Sequence record: MK327931.1
Length of the DNA: 64,000 nucleotides
Strand: one strand, 5' to 3'
Shown: positions 38,445-46,770 of the stretch, in pieces
Layout of the letters: the number at the start of each line of letters is the position of its first letter
Numbering within the stretch: position 1 is the first letter of the stretch
Position numbers and translations under genes: made by a program
The notes under the pieces: generated by a model
What the model saw: only the letters and a program-made list of their open reading frames with translations
Database searches by the model: none
Told to the model about the DNA's origin: nothing

Positions 38445-38472
38445 ATTGTATCACGTCTTTACGTGTTGTCTC
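38445..38472 (-). promoter_or_regulatory. Phage middle-like promoter (GAGACA-N16-TACAAT)
   Basis: tgagacaacacgtaaagacgtgatacaat upstream of dsbA/pol. Confidence 0.72.
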
Positions 38473-39028
38473 ATTTTTTTTCCGGTTTAACTGGAAATGA
38501 AAATGTTTTCTTGATCATGTCTGCTGGTTTGATTGAATTCAATTGCGTTACATAATCTTTCAATTTTACAAACAATACAGCTTCTTCATCAGTTGCTAAC
38601 TCAAGATCCATAGCAGTTTTTAAGTGTCCAAGTTCTTGAATTGCAATGTATTTCAAATTAGATAATTCATTTTTTAGGCGTTCAATTTTTTCTTCTTTAG
38701 TTTCAATATAGTCATGAATAGTATTTCCATCGTAAACCATACCATAAAGTTTGTTAATATCACCATCATATTCAATTTCAGAAACACTAAAACCTAAAGG
38801 TACTAGATCATAAATGTTATATGATGCTGAAACAATTAAACCATTAGTATCATACATAAATTTTGCTTTATTAATGTCAAACAATTCACGAGATTCATAC
38901 CAATCCATACCTTCATCGGACATCATATACAAAGAATTAGGATTACCACCTTCTTTTTCATACATCTTAAAATTTGTTAGTTGCATTACACATTCCTTAT
39001 TGTTGACGTACTGTTTCCCAGTTACCAT
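38471..39028 (-). CDS. Tail fibre assembly chaperone (Tfa/Caudo_TAP-like; probable start 38986)
   Basis: L.NF..Y...SDEG.DWYES...P.GFSVSE and C-terminal DL.LATDEE...FPVKP; follows the fibre gene. Confidence 0.8.
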   Translation of the reverse strand: MVTGKQYVNNKECVMQLTNFKMYEKEGGNPNSLYMMSDEGMDWYESRELFDINKAKFMYDTNGLIVSASYNIYDLVPLGFSVSEIEYDGDINKLYGMVYDGNTIHDYIETKEEKIERLKNELSNLKYIAIQELGHLKTAMDLELATDEEAVLFVKLKDYVTQLNSIKPADMIKKTFSFPVKPEKK

Positions 39029-40607
39029 TTATTTGCATTTGAACATAGCGATAACTAATTCGTTCTAAGTGAGTGCCTGAACTACCATTAACAGAAATCC
39101 ATACGCCATCCATAAATGCACCTTCTGGTGTATATGTCCATGAAGAATCAGGTATTTTACTTGTTTCAATACGTGCACTCAAACGAATACTTTGTACGTT
39201 ATTAGTACTAATTTGCAAAGTAACGTTGCCACTAGCATCAGCAGCAGTACCGTTAATTGAACGAACAATATTTTTACCACCAACAGTAGCTGAGTTGTTA
39301 GAAACAGTTAATGATGGAGCAGCTAACGTACCAGAAGAGTTTACAGTAACTTCTGCTCCACCGGAACGTAATCTCAATGTATTATTTGAAGAGTTATGAT
39401 ACACTGCCGCACGCTCACCACCGCTTGCGTTACGGAAATATAGAACTAATGATGTATCATTTGACTTAATTGACGCACTGTTTGCAATAGTCAATGAACC
39501 AGTCATTGTATCACCAGTTTTTAGTACATAACGAGTGTTTGCAACTTTTTCACTCAATGCGACGTTAGATTCAGCAATGTTATATAGATATGCAACGTTA
39601 AAGTGTTCCACATCAATGTTACTAATACCATGATAGTGTGGTTGGTTTCCACCAAGTGTGTTAGTGTTTCCACTAAATGAGTGAATGTGGTCTGGTGCTT
39701 CGTTAATGTTATTGATTACAGTTGGTATACCGTTATCATTACTTGAAGTTAACGCATTTAGACCACTACGGTCCATACCTTTTAGTGCTTGACTATGACC
39801 ATGACGACCAGCAGCCCCTGTGGTCCCACTAAAACTAAATGAGTGTGATGGTAATTGGGCAACACTTAATACTGTGCCGCTAATATTACCGCTACTACCA
39901 ATAACACTATCAGTTTTAGTTACACCTGATGTGGATATCCCTTTTAAGTACGCGTTTTGGTTAAGGTTTGGTACTTGTTTGGTAATTGTACCATTTTCCC
40001 CCTCCCATTGCCACCACATACCATCAGCAAAACACCAACCGTCAGACGTTTTCCACGGAGCACCTTGTGAACCGTTTCTCCCACTTTGTCCATTCGATTG
40101 TCCTGACATTTGTTCACGTATACTAGCAACAGATTGACCAGAAGTCAATGAATATTGTGTAATAGCACCAGGTTTAAGTGAAGTGTAAAGACCAGTTGGA
40201 CCAGAACCACCACTAGAAGCAGTAGGGAATACAATGTTTAAGTTTGTTCCACTAATACTTGCACTAGGAACAGTACTACTACTATAAGTTACACTTTCTA
40301 CTTTTAAATTTAGTTTTCTATTTACTTCATCAAGTGAAATTCTAATTGGTTCTAAAATGGTATCAGTATCGTATACTGCAATCCAACTAGTACCGTTATG
40401 ATACTTCAAAACTAACTCGTTTCTATCAAAGACCATTGCACCTTGTTCACCAGTTGGTAAAGTTTGTACTGGTATGATAACTGATGACGAGTTAAAACGA
40501 ATAGGTCTTGGGTTAGTTGGTGTACCACCAAGCACTATTAGTTCTAAAGATCCATTAGCACCAGTACTGGTCATTGTATCCAATGGGTTATTAAAACTTA
40601 TGCTCAT
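38997..40607 (-). CDS. Tail fibre protein (collar domain plus HxH metal-binding tip)
   Basis: KPGAI...GWCFADG...VPNL collar; HSF, HGH, HIH, HYH motifs; C-terminal YRYVQMQINGNW. Confidence 0.85.
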   Translation of the reverse strand: MSISFNNPLDTMTSTGANGSLELIVLGGTPTNPRPIRFNSSSVIIPVQTLPTGEQGAMVFDRNELVLKYHNGTSWIAVYDTDTILEPIRISLDEVNRKLNLKVESVTYSSSTVPSASISGTNLNIVFPTASSGGSGPTGLYTSLKPGAITQYSLTSGQSVASIREQMSGQSNGQSGRNGSQGAPWKTSDGWCFADGMWWQWEGENGTITKQVPNLNQNAYLKGISTSGVTKTDSVIGSSGNISGTVLSVAQLPSHSFSFSGTTGAAGRHGHSQALKGMDRSGLNALTSSNDNGIPTVINNINEAPDHIHSFSGNTNTLGGNQPHYHGISNIDVEHFNVAYLYNIAESNVALSEKVANTRYVLKTGDTMTGSLTIANSASIKSNDTSLVLYFRNASGGERAAVYHNSSNNTLRLRSGGAEVTVNSSGTLAAPSLTVSNNSATVGGKNIVRSINGTAADASGNVTLQISTNNVQSIRLSARIETSKIPDSSWTYTPEGAFMDGVWISVNGSSGTHLERISYRYVQMQINGNWETVRQQ

Positions 40608-40647
40608 GTATAAATCCCTTTATGATTAATATATACTATATTTATTC

Positions 40648-40974
40648 CTATAGCAAGTCGTTATCCATATCATCCCATACGGAATCAATAATGTTGGCTG
40701 CTATCTTTTTAGACATTTTAAACCACTCGGTATTGGGTTGTCTAGTTGCATTCATCTGCTTAAGCCTTTTATGTATTTCTTTTTCAGCCAAACGTGCATC
40801 ATCAAAATGAACTTCATGATATACTTCAAAGTCACGAAATGGTGTAGCAGTCTGATACGTTCTTAGACGTTCTGTCATTTCTGATTTTGAAGTAAAACCA
40901 ATTTTAACATACTCAGGCCATGCAGAATTTATTATAACATAACATATCTGTGACATAGATTCAATCTCCATCAT
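40648..40974 (-). CDS. T5orf172/MUG113 GIY-YIG-superfamily protein
   Basis: YVI.N...YVKIGFT...ERL..YQT..P...EKEIH..L...EWF. Confidence 0.8.
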   Translation of the reverse strand: MMEIESMSQICYVIINSAWPEYVKIGFTSKSEMTERLRTYQTATPFRDFEVYHEVHFDDARLAEKEIHKRLKQMNATRQPNTEWFKMSKKIAANIIDSVWDDMDNDLL

Positions 40975-40995
40975 TAATATGGAGATATTTATCTA

Positions 40996-41355
40996 TCAAC
41001 TAATAGTGAATTTCAAACCAATATCTATTAAACGTTGAAAAGGATTATGGGGCTGAAATTCAGAAGGTTCTTGTGTAATGTTTAGTACTGGAGCGTCTGA
41101 GTGTAATTGTGACATACGTTCCCTATAATGATCTATGTATTCTTCATATAACATATCTTCAGTATGTGTGTTTAGTATATCTTCTATAAAAGAATCTAAA
41201 CTATAATCCAATCTATCATCATTATAATACAATGTTTCAGTGGCTTCATCATATCCAACTAACGTACCATAAGGAACATTTATTTCTATATTTGAGTACT
41301 GACTCTTTAAGTACTCTTCTTTGTTAAATTTGTATACAGTTAACATCCGTGTCAA
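40996..41355 (-). CDS. Hypothetical protein
   Basis: 119 aa; ATAAATA element just downstream. Confidence 0.6.
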   Translation of the reverse strand: MTRMLTVYKFNKEEYLKSQYSNIEINVPYGTLVGYDEATETLYYNDDRLDYSLDSFIEDILNTHTEDMLYEEYIDHYRERMSQLHSDAPVLNITQEPSEFQPHNPFQRLIDIGLKFTIS

Positions 41356-41369
41356 CTCCTTTAGATTGT

Positions 41370-42293
41370 TTACTTAAAAGTATTTACAATTTCTAAAACA
41401 CTTTCAAGATACTTAGCATCAAATGTTTCAGTAAATCCTGACGGTAACTCTTCAGTACTTACAACACCACTTTCAATGTATTTCTTTATGAACTTTTCCA
41501 ACAGTAATGGTTGATTGCCATCTTCAAAGTAGCGTTCTACAAGTACTTCATGCTCGAACTCAGAATTGCGACTTTGTTCGTTTACACGGCGTTTCATATC
41601 ACCAGTGATTCCATACTTGTACACCGTCTTGTCATTGTTAGTTAGTTTTTGAACATAGAAATATCCAGGTTTTGATGGTTGATAACCATACTCACCACAT
41701 GATGGACATCCTCTTCCTGCCATATGAGATTTGGGTATTTGTTTAAAGACACCATGTTCAGGACAAATAATATCCACATGTTCATCACTAGTCTTGTAAT
41801 CCACCAAGCTATAATCATACTTATGGTTATGGATAGGCGACACAAGTTCAATGAAACGTTCAGTACTTCTTCCACCTTTACCAGAACATATTCCACAACT
41901 AGTTTTTCCTTTTAATAATGTTGCGGCTGATACTTCCCAATCATGCACATCATTCGGATCATTATGACATGTAACGATGACTCGCCCATTACTGTCACTT
42001 TGTTTTTTGTAGATAGTTTTCTCAAATGACAATGTTGGATGGATGGTTTTAACTTTTTCAATAAACGTTTCGGTCGTGTATGCTGTGTTTTTTTGACAAA
42101 TGTTACATCCTTTTGCAGAAGGTCGGACTATTTGCATAGGAGTGATTTTGAAATAATGACAACCTTCTACACAATAAAGTTCAACCTGTTTATGAGCATT
42201 AATATATACCATTTTATCAAACAAATACACACCAGTACCATACTTTTCATTCACTGCATTAATAAATTTTTCTTCATTTGGATTCATTGTCAT
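41370..42293 (-). mobile_element. Free-standing putative homing endonuclease (three Zn-binding repeats plus C-terminal GIY-YIG-like domain)
   Basis: Three F(I)E.V..IH...Y...V.I.C..H.......G..C..C repeats; GYFYVQK...YKYGIT..MKRR. Confidence 0.78.
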
Positions 42294-42321
42294 TTCTCTT
42301 CTTCATTTATAATGTACGCGT

Positions 42322-42350
42322 ATTATTACACAAAAAATGTGACATGTCAA
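42322..42350 (-). promoter_or_regulatory. Sigma70-type promoter of the endonuclease (TTGACA-N17-AATAAT)
   Basis: ttgacatgtcacattttttgtgtaataat; -35 overlaps palindrome TGACATGTCA. Confidence 0.65.
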
Positions 42351-42353
42351 CAC

Positions 42354-42383
42354 AAAAAAGAAAAGGGACTCCGAAGAGTCCCT
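42354..42383 (-). terminator. Major capsid gene terminator with cUUCGg loop
   Basis: AGGGACTC-TTCG-GAGTCCCT-TTTCTTTTTT. Confidence 0.88.
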
Positions 42384-42426
42384 ATTGTTTTTAATTTCTT
42401 GATTAAATCTTTTAAATCGATTACAA

Positions 42427-43602
42427 TTACATGAAAGTAACGTTTTTGATAGCGATTTTGCTGTAGTAGTCAGCAGCGTTACCAAGAGAAGAAGTACTAT
42501 CAGTCAATTGTACATAACCATACCTGGTAAGGAAAGTTGTGACCAATTCCCCAGTGTTAGGGTCCATTACAGTACCGGAAGCCATTAGTGGGATGTATGG
42601 GCAATAGAACACACCAGCATCAGTTTCTGCATTACCTTTATAACCAATTAGAATATCTTCTGCATCACTTGCATAAGTATCAACAAAAATACGCATAGTG
42701 CTGTTTAGAGTACCTACAAACTTAACGTTAGTTGGGGCTTCGAAAGTACCTTCAGTGGTACGTGCAAAGCTAGAAGTAGTAGCAGATTGTAGAATGGTTA
42801 GTGCAGTTGGGGAAACAACAGCCCAGTTTGCAGCACCACGCTTAGTACGACGAGCAACTTCGTTTGCTTGACGGTTAATTAGAGTTGCTAGAGCAGCGTG
42901 CTCATCACCAACGAAGGTTGCAACACCAGTAACTTTAGATTGGTCATAAGTTACAGCAGCAGCACCAGGTAGTGCACGTAGACGGCTTAGTAGCTCTTGG
43001 TCGATTTCTACGGTAACTTCTTGAGCGATTGCAGCCATTAGTTCTGCTTCAACGTCAACACCATGTTGGGATTGTGCATCTTGTGCAGATTCAACAGTCC
43101 AACGTGCAGATAGACGACGAGATTTCGCTTCAACAGTTTCACGTAGAATACGGATGTTAACGCGACGACCCATAGTACCTTCTAGTTGGCTAGTAGGAGC
43201 AGCTTGTGGGTTGCTATTATCCGCATTTAGATCACCAGAGTAAGATTTAGCGATTTTGTATGGAGAAAGCATTTCTTCACCAGCGATTACACCAGGTGCG
43301 TTATCAGCATATTGTACACGTAGGGTGTGGATCTGACCAACTGGACCAGTCATAGGTTGAACACCGATGATTTCGTTAGCAATAACGGTTGGCATTACAC
43401 GACGCATAATTGGTAGAATCACTTTGTTTAGAGTAGCGATGTTACCAGCGGTAGTTGCACCAGAAGTTGCGGATTCAGTTAGCATAACTTTACGATGGTT
43501 ATCAAGAACAGTTTCCATTACAGACTTACGAGTACCCTGTAGACCTTCAACTAGTTTCTCTTTTACTGCTACCCATTTGGATTCATTTAGTAGTTGTGAC
43601 AT
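42427..43602 (-). CDS. gp23: Major capsid protein (T4 gp23 family)
   Basis: IMRRVMP..IA.EIIGVQPMTGPVGQI..LR, AKSRRL.ARWT.E.AQD, EIDQE, FYCPYIPL, TRYG. Confidence 0.98.
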   Translation of the reverse strand: MSQLLNESKWVAVKEKLVEGLQGTRKSVMETVLDNHRKVMLTESATSGATTAGNIATLNKVILPIMRRVMPTVIANEIIGVQPMTGPVGQIHTLRVQYADNAPGVIAGEEMLSPYKIAKSYSGDLNADNSNPQAAPTSQLEGTMGRRVNIRILRETVEAKSRRLSARWTVESAQDAQSQHGVDVEAELMAAIAQEVTVEIDQELLSRLRALPGAAAVTYDQSKVTGVATFVGDEHAALATLINRQANEVARRTKRGAANWAVVSPTALTILQSATTSSFARTTEGTFEAPTNVKFVGTLNSTMRIFVDTYASDAEDILIGYKGNAETDAGVFYCPYIPLMASGTVMDPNTGELVTTFLTRYGYVQLTDSTSSLGNAADYYSKIAIKNVTFM

Positions 43603-43647
43603 TATATATCTCCTTAAAGATGTTATATTCGTTTTTCAGTATGATAT

Positions 43648-43655
43648 TATTTATA
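43648..43655 (-). promoter_or_regulatory. T4-type late promoter TATAAATA
   Basis: Exact consensus 46 nt upstream of the capsid start. Confidence 0.8.
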
Positions 43656-43693
43656 GAACTGAAAAATTTGATTATTAAAATGCTTTAAAATGT

Positions 43694-44809
43694 TTATTTT
43701 TTATTGATACCTGAAAGAACATCTAGTTCTTTTAGGAATGCCATATCGTCAGCGGTCATTTCTTCGCTTTCAACAATAGCCTGACGGTTGCCAGTGATTA
43801 CTTTACCTTCTGCAAGAGTTTTCTTAGCGGAAGACTGAACTGCTTGACGAGTGGTAGCAGATTCATTTACTTTAGTACCGTTAAGTACTGACTTATGGTA
43901 CTTGCTGAAATCTTCTTTAAGCTTTTCAGTAGGTGAAGTAGCTAGAAGGGATTCCATAATTTGTTTTTGCTGTGCAGTTAGTGGTTTTACTAGTTCAGAC
44001 ATAATCGCATTACGTGCTTGTGCATCTTCCATAATACGTAGTTTGGTTTTAGCAGCTTTAACGGCATTAGCAGTTTCATGTAGTTCTTGCTTAACTTGAG
44101 CAATTTCATCTTCTTTAGATTTAATTGATTCAGTTAGGGAACGTAGCAATGAGTTTTCATTAAATTGTTTGACATTAAACTCTTGAGCAAATGCTTCAAA
44201 GATTTTACGACCAAACATATTTTGTTTTGCTTCCACTAGATCTTGTTTCAACGCATATAGATTCTTCTGAGTGGTTTCTGCAATATATTTAGCAGCACTT
44301 TCAGATGTACGTTTGATGAAGTTATTACGAGCTTCAGCAATTTGACGTGAACCTTCAGCAAGTAGTTTAACGCGAGTTTCTACTAGTTGGCGTTTTTCAG
44401 TGTGGAATTCTTTTAGCTCTTCTGCTAGGATACCGTTAGAAAAATTAACGAATTTACCCATGCATTCATGAAGATGCTTACGTTCTTTACGCATTTGTTT
44501 AACTTCTTCAGCCAAAACAGAGTTTGAAAACGCAGAGAAATTGCTTAGTGTTTTACGTAGAGTTACACGATCTTCAACGAGACGTTTTTTCTCTTCATAT
44601 ACAGCACCCATTTCTTCAGCAATGACTTGAGTAACCATCGTGTTCAAACCTTCGGTTAGTTCAGCCAAATCTTGCTGATAACGGCCTTTCATTTCTTCAC
44701 GCATCTCTGCGGCTAGTGTATTCTTTTCTTCATTCCATGCTTCCTGAATTAGCTGTTTTGCCTCATCAGAAAGAGATGATTCTTTTAGAAGCTTTTCTAA
44801 TTTAGACAT
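43694..44809 (-). CDS. gp22: Prohead scaffold protein
   Basis: Long coiled coil between protease and capsid; GRKIFEAF..EF motif. Confidence 0.88.
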   Translation of the reverse strand: MSKLEKLLKESSLSDEAKQLIQEAWNEEKNTLAAEMREEMKGRYQQDLAELTEGLNTMVTQVIAEEMGAVYEEKKRLVEDRVTLRKTLSNFSAFSNSVLAEEVKQMRKERKHLHECMGKFVNFSNGILAEELKEFHTEKRQLVETRVKLLAEGSRQIAEARNNFIKRTSESAAKYIAETTQKNLYALKQDLVEAKQNMFGRKIFEAFAQEFNVKQFNENSLLRSLTESIKSKEDEIAQVKQELHETANAVKAAKTKLRIMEDAQARNAIMSELVKPLTAQQKQIMESLLATSPTEKLKEDFSKYHKSVLNGTKVNESATTRQAVQSSAKKTLAEGKVITGNRQAIVESEEMTADDMAFLKELDVLSGINKK

Positions 44810-44856
44810 TCGTTCTCTCCTTTAAGTACTGAAATATCTGTACTTCAACATACAGA

Positions 44857-44864
44857 TATTTATA
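44857..44864 (-). promoter_or_regulatory. T4-type late promoter TATAAATA
   Basis: Exact consensus upstream of the scaffold gene. Confidence 0.75.
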
Positions 44865-44875
44865 TTTTTAAAATG

Positions 44876-45499
44876 TTAACCTTTTAATTTCTTGAAAAAA
44901 TCGTATATTTCAGAATCTAAATTATTTACTTTTTTAGATTCAGTGATTTTTTTAGAACTATTACAAGGTGATCCGTACTTACTCATCAGAGATTCAAATA
45001 CCGCTGTTGGGTATGCTTCTGGAGCACTAGGTTGAGCAACAATATCAATAGTGATAATTTCAAAATCAGAAACTATTCCATTATAATCAACGTTACCGGA
45101 ACCGCGAGAACTTACACCAAGTTTTACACCAGCCTCTAGCATTTTACGGATATTCTGACCATGTGCAGTATCAAGTAGTTTGATTTCTGCCATACCATTA
45201 GCACCTTCCATCCAAACCTTAGTAATCATTGCTGCTACACGGTCTAGGTTAATAGTTAGTGTTTCTGGATGGTCACATTCAACAAGAATGCTTTCACCTT
45301 TAGCTAAACGCTGGTTCATGTTATTTACTGCCCTTGTAATTTCAGATAAAGGGTAAATTCTCTCGTTCAAATTTCGTTGGTCGGCTTGAATAGCAATACC
45401 ACGAAGATAGCAGTCACGCCCACCAAATCCATTATCACGATGTTCCAAAACAACTTTAGAATCATTGAATGAAGACCATTCACGAATCATACTACTCAT
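44876..45499 (-). CDS. gp21: Prohead protease
   Basis: NLNERIYP, ECDHP (His), LGVSSRGSG (Ser), DIVAQPSAPEAY. Confidence 0.96.
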   Translation of the reverse strand: MSSMIREWSSFNDSKVVLEHRDNGFGGRDCYLRGIAIQADQRNLNERIYPLSEITRAVNNMNQRLAKGESILVECDHPETLTINLDRVAAMITKVWMEGANGMAEIKLLDTAHGQNIRKMLEAGVKLGVSSRGSGNVDYNGIVSDFEIITIDIVAQPSAPEAYPTAVFESLMSKYGSPCNSSKKITESKKVNNLDSEIYDFFKKLKG

Positions 45500-45519
45500 A
45501 ATGATCTCCTTTCAGATAT

Positions 45520-46380
45520 TTATTTTAGTTTAGGTTGTGCTTTGCTTAGTGGTGATTTAGAATTAGATGCAGTAGTTTTTGGTGCTTTAACATCTTTCAT
45601 TTCACCGCGAGCATTTTTACCAAGATCTAGGCTATCTTTTGGTAGAACAGATTTATCATCTAGGTCTAGTAGTGGGGCTTGGTCAGTTTTCTTAGCGAAT
45701 TTAACTGGCTCTGCTCCTGCTACTGGAGATTTAGCTTCTGGTGCTACTGGAGATTTGGAATGAGTGCCAGCTTTTTCTTTCTTATCAACTGGAGCAACTT
45801 TTTCTAGTTTGAAGGATTCACCGAATTTTTCATCGCCGAATTCAACATCAGCAAATTCGTCGTCACCGTCAACACCAACTTCTTCTTCGCTATCTTCTAC
45901 TTCTTCTTCAGAATCTAGATCAACTTCACCGTCACCGATTTCATCAAACATTTGTTGTAGGCCACGGAAAGCATCTTGGATTGATTCCCATTGGTCTTCG
46001 GAAGGAACATCAGCATCAGCTTTCACTTCAACGTCAACATCGTCTTCACCGTCACCATCTGCATCAGCAGAGAATTCAACTTCTTCTTCTGCACTTTCAT
46101 CTTCTTCACCAAGGGTGTATTCGATTTCAGCATTTAGACCTTCGTCTGGTTGTACATCAAAATCTTCGTCAAGCTTTTCTTCATCTTTGACTTTAACTTC
46201 GACTTCACAATCTTCATCGTCGTCTTCATCTTCCATGCTTTCTTCTAGTTGTTTGTTAATTTCTTGAGCTTGCTCAACGAAATACTTACGCATTTTTTTA
46301 TCAGCAATATCTTGTTCGCCATTTGCAAACGCCGCAATTGCTTCTTGTAGTAGTTTTAAATTCGCCATTATATCCTCCAT
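45520..46380 (-). CDS. Highly acidic prohead core protein (gp67/68-position)
   Basis: Asp/Glu-rich centre, basic tail with three KSP repeats; between portal and protease. Confidence 0.65.
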   Translation of the reverse strand: MEDIMANLKLLQEAIAAFANGEQDIADKKMRKYFVEQAQEINKQLEESMEDEDDDEDCEVEVKVKDEEKLDEDFDVQPDEGLNAEIEYTLGEEDESAEEEVEFSADADGDGEDDVDVEVKADADVPSEDQWESIQDAFRGLQQMFDEIGDGEVDLDSEEEVEDSEEEVGVDGDDEFADVEFGDEKFGESFKLEKVAPVDKKEKAGTHSKSPVAPEAKSPVAGAEPVKFAKKTDQAPLLDLDDKSVLPKDSLDLGKNARGEMKDVKAPKTTASNSKSPLSKAQPKLK

Positions 46381-46469
46381 AGATATATTACATTCGTATA
46401 AAGTATGATATTATTTAGTACTGAATAAAATCGCCTTTTTTAAAAGCTTTAAAAAGTGCGATTTTCGGT

Positions 46470-46697
46470 TTACATTAACCCAGAACCGTCACCTGTTGGT
46501 GCAGCGGCATAAACAACTGCAACCACATTTTTGCGGCGTTGTTCTTCATGTGCTTTAAATTCACGGTACTTTCTTAAGTTGTTTAATACTTGTAATGTTA
46601 GTTTCGGTTTTCTGGAATCAGTAATTTTATATACGTTCTGATCATCTTCAGGGTCGTACATTGAATCACTGCTAGATTCAAAGATGTCCTTTAACAT
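46470..46697 (-). CDS. Small head-module protein
   Basis: 75 aa; RKPKLTL..LN.LRK. Confidence 0.6.
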   Translation of the reverse strand: MLKDIFESSSDSMYDPEDDQNVYKITDSRKPKLTLQVLNNLRKYREFKAHEEQRRKNVVAVVYAAAPTGDGSGLM

Positions 46698-46770
46698 TTG
46701 ATCTCCTTGAAATATGCATTATAAATGAGGGTAAAAATAAACCCTCATTCTTATACATTGTTATTTATGT

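Noticed and set aside
45764-46267. 167-aa Ser-rich plus-strand ORF, and similar antisense or alternate-frame ORFs in the track (e.g. 9760..10065, 24541..24900, 39073..39399, 50332..50682, 50934..51434)
   Set aside because: They are shadows of Asp/Glu- or Ala-rich genes on the other strand, with no SD, promoter or recognisable motifs.
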